From assembly GCA_027493405.1 (NCBI GenBank), contig JAOSKV010000001.1, positions 1,196,355-1,260,354 on the forward strand: a stretch of 64,000 bases of DNA. The letters run 5' to 3'. The translations under genes were made by a program, and so were the position numbers. Source of the DNA: Xanthobacteraceae bacterium (GTDB lineage Bacteria > Pseudomonadota > Alphaproteobacteria > Rhizobiales > Xanthobacteraceae). The stretch's first letter is position 1. The number at the start of each line of letters is the position of its first letter. Below the pieces are notes generated by a model that saw nothing but the letters and a program-made list of their open reading frames with translations, ran no database searches and had not been told where the DNA came from. Below, in pieces: positions 31,025 to 39,103 of this stretch.

Positions 31025-31303
31025 TCAGCTCGTGGGCGCCAGCGTGCCGGCGAGCAGCACCACCAGCAGCACGCGCAGCCAGAACAGCCACACGAAACCG
31101 AACAGCCACAGCACGACCGGCGCCGCCGCCTTGGGCGTCACCAGGGCGACGACCGCGACCACGGGGTCCGTGAGCCGGCAGAAGAAGCGCCAGATGTAGT
31201 TCGGCGACTCCGGCGGCACGATCAGGCCGAGCAGCACGCGGCCGAGCAGCGTGTACATGACGATCGCCAGCAGATAGTCGGGAATCTGGTACCAGAACGG
31301 CAT
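31025..31303 (-). CDS. YggT family membrane protein (tentative)
   Basis: 92 aa. IVMYTLLGRVLLGLIVPPESPNYIWRFFCRLTDPVV matches the YggT repeat pattern (Y..l..R.ll....NP....f...lTdP), from memory. Confidence 0.6.
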   Translation of the reverse strand: MPFWYQIPDYLLAIVMYTLLGRVLLGLIVPPESPNYIWRFFCRLTDPVVAVVALVTPKAAAPVVLWLFGFVWLFWLRVLLVVLLAGTLAPTS

Positions 31304-31377
31304 GGCGAGGGGCGCCGGATGAAGGGCTCGTGACGGATCGCGCGCACAATGGCGTCCATGCGCCCGGCCGGCAAGGC

Positions 31378-31405
31378 AAAAAAGCGGGGTCCCGAGGGAC
31401 CCCGC
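31378..31405 (-). terminator. strong intrinsic terminator immediately after the SSS symporter gene
   Basis: Minus strand: GCGGGGTC-CCTCGG-GACCCCGC followed by TTTTTTG. It starts 22 nt after the stop codon. Confidence 0.8.
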
Positions 31406-31427
31406 TCCGGCCGACCGGCACCGCCGA

Positions 31428-33404
31428 TCAGGTCTTCTCTTCCAGGATCGTGCGGCCCCGCGGCTTGCGGATCTCGTCGATGAGAGCCTGCATCTCCCGC
31501 GACGGCTCCTTGCCCAGGAGGCTGACGACGATCATCACGAGGAAGCCGAGCGGCATCCCCAGGAGACCGCAGTTGATGTTGTTGAGGCCGAACCAGCCCA
31601 CTTTGGAGGCGAGCGGGTTTGCGGCGCCCGCCGGCACGTCGGCGAGCCACTTGGCATCGGCCATGACCTGCGCCACGTTGACGAGCGGTGCGCCGGTCGT
31701 CGGGTTGGTCAGGGCGGTCATGCCGAAGTAGCTCACCCCGGCCTGCGGGTAGTACCGCGTGGTGACCAGGTAGAACACGCACAGGCCGAAGCCCGCGATG
31801 ATGCCTGCCACCGCGCCGGCCGTGGTCGTGCGCTTCCACCAGATGCCCATGACCAGGGCCGGGAAGTTGCCCGCCATGGCGAGGGAGAACGCCCAGCCCA
31901 CCATGGCCAGGATGTCTCCGGGCTTGGTCGAGGCCAGGTAGGCGGCGAACACGGCCACGACGATGAGCAACACGCGCGCCACGACCAGCCGGCGGGCCGT
32001 CGGAGCGTTCGGGTCGATCATCTTGTAGTAGATGTCGTGGCTGAGCGCGTTGGCGATGGCGAGCAGCAGGCCGTCGGCGGTCGAGAGCGCCGCGGCGAGA
32101 CCACCGGCCGCAACCAGGCCGGAGATCACGTAGGGAAGGCCCGCGATCTCCGGGGTGGAGAGCACGATCACGTCCGTGTTGATCACGAAGTCCTGCAGCC
32201 GGACGACGCCCGGATGGCCGGCGATCGCCTTGCACGCCGCCGCGATGGCCGCGGGATCGATGGCGTCCTTGCCGCAGATCTTGATCAGGCCGAGCTGGCC
32301 CCACTGGAACAGCCAGGGCCGGATCGCGTCGAGATCGCGGCCGATGACGTTGGTGTACACCTCCAGCTTCGAGAACGCCGCATAGGCCGGCGCCGAGAAG
32401 TAGAGCAGGAAGATGAACAGCAGCGACCAGGCCACCGACTGCCGCGCCTCACGCACGCTCGGCGTGGTGAAGTAGCGCATCAGGATGTGCGGCAGCGACG
32501 CCGTGCCCACCATCATGCAGAAGATGATGCCGAAGAAGTTCAGCGGGCTGTAGGTGAAGAACGGGGCGGTATGCGGCTTGAGGGCCGCGGTGCTCGCCAG
32601 GTTCTGCGCCAGCATCGCACCTTCGCGCGCCGTGATGTCCTGGATCGCCGCCCCGTAGGTGAGCTGCGGGATCGGGATCCCGTACTTCTGGGTCGAGAGG
32701 ATCACGATCGGCACCAGGTAGGCGATGATCAGCACGATGTACTGGGCGACCTGGGTCCAGGTCACCGCCCGCATGCCGCCCAGCATCGAGCAGAGCAGGA
32801 TGCCGGCCAGCCCGACGAACACGGCCACCTCGAACGGCATTCCCAGGAAGCGGGAGGCGATGATGCCCGTGCCGTAGATCTGCGCCGTCACATAGGTGAA
32901 CGAGCAGCACACCAGCACGATGACGGCCAGGAAGCGCGCGAAGTTGCCGCCGAAGCGGAAGGCCATGAAGTCCGGAACCGTGTAGGCGCCGAACTTGCGC
33001 AGGTAGGGGCCGACCAGGATCGACACCAGCACGTAGCCGCCGGTCCAGCCGAGCACCCAGGCGAGGCCGTCATAGCCGAGCAGGAACAGGGTGCCCGCCA
33101 TGCCGACGAAGGAGGCCGCCGACATCCAGTCGGCGCCGGTCGCCATGCCGTTGTAGAAGGCCGGCACGCTGCGTCCCGCGACGTAGTATTCGGAGATCTG
33201 CATCGTTCGCGACATCACGCCGATGATGGCGTAGACCGCCAGCGTGAAGAACACGAACAGATAGCCGATGACCCGGTTCGGGACGCCGACCTGCTCGAGG
33301 ATCGCGAGCAGGATCACGAAGCCGAGGAAGCCGCCCGTGTAGACGGCGTAGATGCGTCCGAGGTTGCTGATGAAATCCTGGGAGCCTGAGGTCTGAGTTG
33401 CCAT
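31428..33404 (-). CDS. sodium:solute symporter family large subunit (VC_2705-type, ActP-like cation/monocarboxylate symporter)
   Basis: 658 aa, polytopic. MATQTSGSQDFISNLGRIYAVYTGGF... with the SSF pattern GRSVPAFYNGMATGADWMSAASFVGMAG. GGGAGAG RBS. The start lies 13 nt after the DUF4212 stop. Confidence 0.9.
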   Translation of the reverse strand: MATQTSGSQDFISNLGRIYAVYTGGFLGFVILLAILEQVGVPNRVIGYLFVFFTLAVYAIIGVMSRTMQISEYYVAGRSVPAFYNGMATGADWMSAASFVGMAGTLFLLGYDGLAWVLGWTGGYVLVSILVGPYLRKFGAYTVPDFMAFRFGGNFARFLAVIVLVCCSFTYVTAQIYGTGIIASRFLGMPFEVAVFVGLAGILLCSMLGGMRAVTWTQVAQYIVLIIAYLVPIVILSTQKYGIPIPQLTYGAAIQDITAREGAMLAQNLASTAALKPHTAPFFTYSPLNFFGIIFCMMVGTASLPHILMRYFTTPSVREARQSVAWSLLFIFLLYFSAPAYAAFSKLEVYTNVIGRDLDAIRPWLFQWGQLGLIKICGKDAIDPAAIAAACKAIAGHPGVVRLQDFVINTDVIVLSTPEIAGLPYVISGLVAAGGLAAALSTADGLLLAIANALSHDIYYKMIDPNAPTARRLVVARVLLIVVAVFAAYLASTKPGDILAMVGWAFSLAMAGNFPALVMGIWWKRTTTAGAVAGIIAGFGLCVFYLVTTRYYPQAGVSYFGMTALTNPTTGAPLVNVAQVMADAKWLADVPAGAANPLASKVGWFGLNNINCGLLGMPLGFLVMIVVSLLGKEPSREMQALIDEIRKPRGRTILEEKT

Positions 33405-33417
33405 GGTGATCTCTCCC

Positions 33418-33684
33418 TCAGTCCTCGGCGACGCCGTGCTCGCGGTCGATCCGGTCCTGCTGCTTCGCAAAGACGAACAGCATGATCACGAACGCGGCCA
33501 GCGAGCCCTGGGCAGCCATGTAGAAGCCGAGCGGGAAGCCCAGGATCGGAATGGTGATCTTGTTGAGCGGAACCACGAACATGTGGATGACGTATCCGAA
33601 GAAGAACCAGATCCCGAGATGCGTCAGCATCAGGTTCGTGGTTCGCTTCCAGTGTGCAGCATCGTTGGCGCTGGTGTCCTGCAC
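33418..33684 (-). CDS. DUF4212 domain protein (symporter small subunit)
   Basis: GTG at 33684 is preceded by AAGGAGGG 8 nt upstream. The 88-aa product has two TM segments. The longer ORF to 33810 adds an Arg/Ala-rich leader. Confidence 0.85.
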   Translation of the reverse strand: MQDTSANDAAHWKRTTNLMLTHLGIWFFFGYVIHMFVVPLNKITIPILGFPLGFYMAAQGSLAAFVIMLFVFAKQQDRIDREHGVAED

Positions 33685-34108
33685 GGCCCGTACCCTCCTT
33701 GCCGGTGCGGCCGCGCGCAGAGCGACGGTCGCACGTGTTGTCGATCGAGGGGCGCCCGACCGACGGGACGCCTGGCCTTGAGCCCCCATTTCCACGCCGC
33801 CGTTTCCCATTCTGCAGGCGGGCTGCGGCGGCGATTACAAAAAAGTAACACTAGGTGGCGCGGGCGCCTTATAAGACTTTCGGCCAAGGCAAGCGGATAG
33901 GCCGTCGCGTCCCTGGGTTTTTTTTGCGGCGCAGCACCGGTCGTCCACAGCTTCGTCGGGCCGCGACGAGGACGGCTTCGTGCGCGTCGCATGCCGCGCG
34001 ATTCGCCCCCGGCGCGGCTTGCGTCGTGGCCGCGGGGTTCGAAGATGACTCGGACGAGCCGTTTGACCGGTCGCACGGGTCGCCGATTGTGAGCACGGGG
34101 TCGAACGC

Positions 34109-34783
34109 TTGAACGAGACCGCCTACCGCCTGATCATCGCGGACGACCATCCCCTGTTCCGCGGCGCCCTGCGCGAAGCCGTGTCCGGGCTCCTGGCGGG
34201 GGCCGAGATCGCCGAGGCCGGCACCTTCGAGGAGGCGGCGGCCCTGCTCGATCGCGGCGGGGAGATCGACCTCGCGCTGCTCGACCTCGCCATGCCGGGG
34301 GTGCGCGGCTTCTCGGGGCTGATGTATCTGCGGGCCCAATATCCGAGCGTGCCGGTGGTGGTGGTCTCGGCGAGCGACGACCCGGCGGTGATCCGGCGCT
34401 GCATGGATTTCGGAGCTTCGGGATTCATCCCCAAGACCCTCGACGTCGAATCGATGCGCGCGGCGATCTCCCGCGTGCTCGAGGGCGGCGTCTGGACCCC
34501 GCCCGACGTGGACCTGGAGAGCCGGGCGGACGCCGAATCGGCCGATCTCATGGCGCGGCTCGCGACCCTGACGCCCCAGCAGGTGCGCGTCCTGATGATG
34601 CTGTCGGAGGGGCTGCTCAACAAGCAGATCGCCTATTCGCTCAACGTCTCCGAGGCGACCGTGAAGGCGCACGTGTCCGCCATCCTGCAGAAGCTCGGCG
34701 TGGAGAGCCGCACCCAGGCCGTGATCGCGGCCGCCAAGATCGAGCTCGGCCAGTGGTCGCAGCCCGCCGCGAGCGGATCCTGA
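34109..34783 (+). CDS. LuxR/NarL-family two-component response regulator (CrbR/ErdR-like)
   Basis: Receiver domain (LIIADDHPLF...LALLDLAMPG...) plus a C-terminal LuxR HTH (LTPQQVRVLMMLSEGLLNKQIAYSLNVSEATVKAHVSAILQKLGV). TTG start. Confidence 0.88.
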   Translation: MNETAYRLIIADDHPLFRGALREAVSGLLAGAEIAEAGTFEEAAALLDRGGEIDLALLDLAMPGVRGFSGLMYLRAQYPSVPVVVVSASDDPAVIRRCMDFGASGFIPKTLDVESMRAAISRVLEGGVWTPPDVDLESRADAESADLMARLATLTPQQVRVLMMLSEGLLNKQIAYSLNVSEATVKAHVSAILQKLGVESRTQAVIAAAKIELGQWSQPAASGS

Positions 34784-34787
34784 CCGG

Positions 34788-37700
34788 CTATTCGGCCGCC
34801 GCGACCCGGTGCACCCGCCACTGGGCGAGCAGGGCGCGCAGCGCGGCCGGCTTGACCGGCTTGTGGAGCACCTGGATGTCGCGCTTGCGCGCGTCCTCGC
34901 GCACATGCGGGCTGCGGTCCGCCGTGATCAGGATCGCCGGCAGGTCCGCGCCGAGCCGCCAGCGCAGCTCGCCGATCGCGTCGATGCCGTTGCCTTCGTC
35001 GAGGTGGTAGTCGACCAAGAGCCCGCTCAGCGCCGGCTTCGTCGCGGCCAGCTCCGCCAGCGCCGACTCGAGGTCCGCCGCCTTGTGCACCCGGCAGCCC
35101 CAGCCGCCGAGCAGCGCCTCCATGCCGTCGAGGATCTTGGGCTCGTTGTCGATGCACAGCACCGTCGTGCCGGCGAGGCGGCCGGCCTCGACCCGCTGCG
35201 GCTCGCTCGCCTGCTGGGCCTGGCTCGGCAGCGCGGTCGCGACCGGCACCGTGATCGAGAACTGCGAGCCGCGCCCCGGCACCGACTGCAGGTCGAGCTT
35301 GTGGTCGAGCACGCGCGCGATGCGCTCGACGATCGAGAGGCCGAGGCCGAGGCCGCGCGCCACCTTGGCGCCCTGGTCGAGCCGGTGGAACTCCTTGAAG
35401 ACCGCACGCCGTTTCGACTGCGGAATGCCGAGGCCGGTGTCGTAGACGTCGATGCGCAGGCGCCCCTTGTGGCGCCGGCAGCCGACCAGGACCTTGCCCT
35501 TGGGCGTGTACTTGATCGCGTTCGACACCAGGTTCTGCAGCACGCGCCGCAGCAGCCGGCGGTCCGAGCGCACCAGGGCCGAGCAGGGGACGAAGACGAG
35601 CTCGAGCCCCTTCTCGCGCGCGAGCGGCGCGAACTCCACCTCGAGCTGGCGCAACAGGTCGTTGATCCGCACCGAGCCGAATTCCGGCTTCATCGCGCCG
35701 GTGTCGAGCCGCGAGATGTCGAGGATCGCCCCGAGGATCTCCTCGATCGCCTCGAGCGAGGCGTCGACGTTGCCGACCAGGCGGGCGTCCTCGCCGCTGC
35801 CCTGCCGCTCGACCAGGCTCGTCACGTAGAGGCGCGCCGCGTTGAGCGGCTGCAGGATGTCGTGGCTGGCGGCGGCGAGGAACCGCGTCTTCGAGACGTT
35901 CGCCTCGTCGGCGTCCGCCTTGGCGCGCGCCAGCGCGGCGTTGAGGCGCATCAGCTCCTCGGTGCGCTCCTTGACGCGCCGCTCCAGCGTCTCGTTCGCC
36001 CGCTCCAGCGCGTCGGCGGCCTCCACGCTCGCCGTGATGTCGGTGAGCGTGGTGACGATGCCGCCGTCCGGCATCGGATGCACGCGCGCCTCGATCACCA
36101 GCCCCCGGTCCGCATAGCGCTCGAGGATCGGTCCGGAGCCGGCCAGGTAGCGTTCGATGCGGTTCTGCACGACGTCGTCCATCGGCCCGGGGCCGGGCGC
36201 CCCGTGCTCCGCATTGTGGCGCAGGATCTCGTCCAGCCCGATGCCGACCCGCACCATGGCGGGCGGCAGCTCGAGGATCTCGCCGTAGTGGCGGTTCCAG
36301 CACACGAGCCGCAGTTCCTTGTCGAACACCGCGATGCCCTGGCGCACGTGGTCGAGCGCGGTCTGCAGGATCTCGCGGTTGTACTGGATCGCCGCATTGG
36401 CGTCGTCGAGCAGCTTCAGCGCCGCCTTGGTGGACACGTTGCGCTTGCGCAGCAGCAGCGAGAGCACCAGGCGCGAGGACGCGGTGCCGATGGCCGAGGC
36501 GAGCAGGTGCTCGGCGTAGCGCAGCAGGTGGAAGTCGGCCTCCTGCTTGGGATCGAGCCCGATGCCGCGCGCGGCCGCGAAGCTCTCGAAGGACGAGCGG
36601 GTGCGCTCCTCGCCGAGATAGCGCGCGACCGTCGTGGTCAGCTCCTCGACCGTCACCGAGGAGCGCCACAGGCGGAAGCTCGGCGTCATCGGGTCGAGGC
36701 CCGAGGGCACGAACAGGTTCGCCTGCAGCCGCTCGATCGAGGTGGGCTCCCGTACGCGCGAGAACGCCACATAGGCGAGCACGTTGAGGGTGAGGCTCCA
36801 GAGCACGCCGTGCACGAGCGGCGGGAGGTCGAGGCCGAGCAGGCCCTGGGGCCGCAGCCAGGCGATGCCCCACGGGCCCTGCGAGAGCACCGAGGAGCCG
36901 ATCAGGCCGGCATCGGCGAAGCTCGGCAGCAGCAGCGTGTAGGCCCAGGTGAGGATGCCGACCGTCATCCCCGCCATGGCGCCGGCGGCGGTGCCGCGCC
37001 GCCAGATCAGCCCGCCGAAGAAGGCGGGCGCGAACTGGGCGACCGCCGCGAACGAGAGCAGGCCGATCGAGGCGAGCTGCGCATCCCCGGCCGAGCGGTA
37101 GTACATGTAGGCGAGCAGCAGGATCACGAGGATCGCGATCCGCCGCACCTTGAGCAGCAGCGCGCCGACGTCGCCGCGCCCCGACAGCAGCGCCTCGCGC
37201 CGCTGCAGCACCAGCGGCACGATGAGGTCGTTCGACGCCATGATCGCGAGCGCGACGGTCTCGACGATCACCATGGCGGTCGCCGCCGACAGCCCGCCCA
37301 CGAAGGCCGCGATCGTGAGCAGGTCGGAGCCCGCGTGCAGCGGCAGTGCCAGCACGAACATGTCGCTGTCGACGCTGCCGCGCGGGAAGATCAGGAGGCC
37401 CGCGATCGCGATCGGCACCACGAACAGGTTGATCAGCACGAGATAGATCGGGAACAGCCAGGCCGCGCGGCGGATCTCGGCCTCGCTGTTGTTCTCGACC
37501 ACCGTCACGTGGAACTGCCGCGGCAGCAGCACGATCGCGACCGTCGACAGGAGGATCATCGCGAACCAGGTGCCCAGCTGCGGCTCGCGGGTGAGGATCG
37601 CCGCCGTCTCGGCGCGCTCCATCGCCCGCGAGAACAGATCCCGCGGACCCTCGAACATCCAGAAGGTCACGAAGGTGCCGACCGCGACGAAGGCGACGAG

Positions 37701-38312
37701 CTTGACGAGCGACTCGGCTGCGATCGCGAGCATCAGCCCGTCCTGGTGCTCGGTGGCGTCGATGTGGCGCGTGCCGAACAGCACCGCGAAGGCCGCCATC
37801 GACAAGGCGACGAACAGCGCCATGTCGCCGAACACCGGCTGCATGCCGCCCGGGCTCGCGTCGAGATGCGCGAGCACGGTACCGAGCGACGCGGAGACCG
37901 CCTTGAGCTGCAGCGCGATGTACGGAATCGTGCCGACGATCGCGATCAGCGCCACCGTCGCCGCGACCGTCTGGTGCTTGCCGTAGCGCGCCGCGATGAA
38001 GTCGGCGATCGACGTGATGTTCTGCGCCTTGGCGAGCCGCACGATGCGCATGATCAGCGGCGCCGCGATGCCGATCATCAGGATCGGGCCGATATAGATG
38101 GTCAGGAAGTCGTAGCCGGTGCGCGAGGCGAGTCCGACCGAGCCGAAGAAGGTCCACGACGTGCAGTAGATCGCGAGCGAGAGCGGGTAGATCAGCAGCC
38201 GCGTGCGCCGGCCGCTCTCACGCAGGCGCAGACGGTCGCCCCAGCTCGCCACCACGAACAGGAGGCAGATATAGCCGAGCGCGACCGCGATGACGACCCA
38301 GCCTTGCAGCAT
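34788..38312 (-). CDS. hybrid sensor histidine kinase with N-terminal sodium:solute-symporter domain, PAS, HisKA/HATPase and C-terminal receiver (CrbS/MxtR-like)
   Basis: 1174 aa. An SSF-like polytopic domain of about 500 aa is followed by a PAS region, the H-box FLAAASHDILQPLNAARLY, HATPase G-boxes (DTGLGIP...GLGLGLSIV) and a receiver (VLCIDNEPKIL...LLVDYHLDEGNG...LHKPV). Confidence 0.9.
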   Translation of the reverse strand: MLQGWVVIAVALGYICLLFVVASWGDRLRLRESGRRTRLLIYPLSLAIYCTSWTFFGSVGLASRTGYDFLTIYIGPILMIGIAAPLIMRIVRLAKAQNITSIADFIAARYGKHQTVAATVALIAIVGTIPYIALQLKAVSASLGTVLAHLDASPGGMQPVFGDMALFVALSMAAFAVLFGTRHIDATEHQDGLMLAIAAESLVKLVAFVAVGTFVTFWMFEGPRDLFSRAMERAETAAILTREPQLGTWFAMILLSTVAIVLLPRQFHVTVVENNSEAEIRRAAWLFPIYLVLINLFVVPIAIAGLLIFPRGSVDSDMFVLALPLHAGSDLLTIAAFVGGLSAATAMVIVETVALAIMASNDLIVPLVLQRREALLSGRGDVGALLLKVRRIAILVILLLAYMYYRSAGDAQLASIGLLSFAAVAQFAPAFFGGLIWRRGTAAGAMAGMTVGILTWAYTLLLPSFADAGLIGSSVLSQGPWGIAWLRPQGLLGLDLPPLVHGVLWSLTLNVLAYVAFSRVREPTSIERLQANLFVPSGLDPMTPSFRLWRSSVTVEELTTTVARYLGEERTRSSFESFAAARGIGLDPKQEADFHLLRYAEHLLASAIGTASSRLVLSLLLRKRNVSTKAALKLLDDANAAIQYNREILQTALDHVRQGIAVFDKELRLVCWNRHYGEILELPPAMVRVGIGLDEILRHNAEHGAPGPGPMDDVVQNRIERYLAGSGPILERYADRGLVIEARVHPMPDGGIVTTLTDITASVEAADALERANETLERRVKERTEELMRLNAALARAKADADEANVSKTRFLAAASHDILQPLNAARLYVTSLVERQGSGEDARLVGNVDASLEAIEEILGAILDISRLDTGAMKPEFGSVRINDLLRQLEVEFAPLAREKGLELVFVPCSALVRSDRRLLRRVLQNLVSNAIKYTPKGKVLVGCRRHKGRLRIDVYDTGLGIPQSKRRAVFKEFHRLDQGAKVARGLGLGLSIVERIARVLDHKLDLQSVPGRGSQFSITVPVATALPSQAQQASEPQRVEAGRLAGTTVLCIDNEPKILDGMEALLGGWGCRVHKAADLESALAELAATKPALSGLLVDYHLDEGNGIDAIGELRWRLGADLPAILITADRSPHVREDARKRDIQVLHKPVKPAALRALLAQWRVHRVAAAE

Positions 38313-38454
38313 GGCGGCTCCTGGGCCACTGTGGCGGCGAGACGCCGAGACGGCCCCGTCCCGTCAAGGTCAACACAGAAGGCGACGCCTTGTCCATCGG
38401 ATCGGCGCCGCGCGTCCCGTCCGCGGTCAACGCCGCGGGCCACCCGGAGGGCCC

Positions 38455-39069
38455 ATGGGGCTGTTGGATCTGTTCCGCCGTGCGCCGGCGATCCGCGCCC
38501 CGGAGGCGCTCGCCGACTTCATCGACGAGCGCTCGGCCTTCCTGGTGCAGAAGGGGATCTACGAATACACCCGCGCCCGCGCCGGCCCGTTCTCCCGCAT
38601 CCTGCTGGTGGAGCCCGCCTTCATCGAGGAGATCGACCGCGCGCGCTGGCAGGCCTATCCGCTCGGGCTCGCCATGGTCGGCGAGCTGGTCGAGGGGATG
38701 CTTCGCCCGGACGCCGGCGAGCGGCAGGCCGACGTGCGGGACGGGCTGAACGGGCTCGTCCTCTCGGTCTTCGACCGCTATCCGCCTCCGCCGCAGCTCG
38801 ATGCGGCGACCTGGAGCGCCTTGCGCGAGGAGCTGCAGCGCCGACTCGATCGCATCGGCTCGCATCCGGTCAAGCCCGTCAAGGACATCGCCGAGCCGTT
38901 CTGGGACCGCTATTTCAAGCTCATGCCGGTGCACGAGAAGCTGCGCTCCCGCGACGAGGGGACCACGCGTGCCTACCTGCAGCTCACCCTGATCAACATC
39001 CACGACGACCTGACCAAGCGGCTGGACGCCGCCGTGCTGGTCGAGGCGTTGCGCGCCGAGGTCCGCTGA
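38455..39069 (+). CDS. hypothetical protein (204 aa), upstream of the DUF294 gene
   Basis: The ATG has GGAGG 8 nt upstream. Soluble and helical-looking. I recognise no family motif. Confidence 0.7.
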   Translation: MGLLDLFRRAPAIRAPEALADFIDERSAFLVQKGIYEYTRARAGPFSRILLVEPAFIEEIDRARWQAYPLGLAMVGELVEGMLRPDAGERQADVRDGLNGLVLSVFDRYPPPPQLDAATWSALREELQRRLDRIGSHPVKPVKDIAEPFWDRYFKLMPVHEKLRSRDEGTTRAYLQLTLINIHDDLTKRLDAAVLVEALRAEVR

Positions 39070-39103
39070 GCCAGAGTTGCGGATCTCGCAGGGGGGGACG
39101 GCC

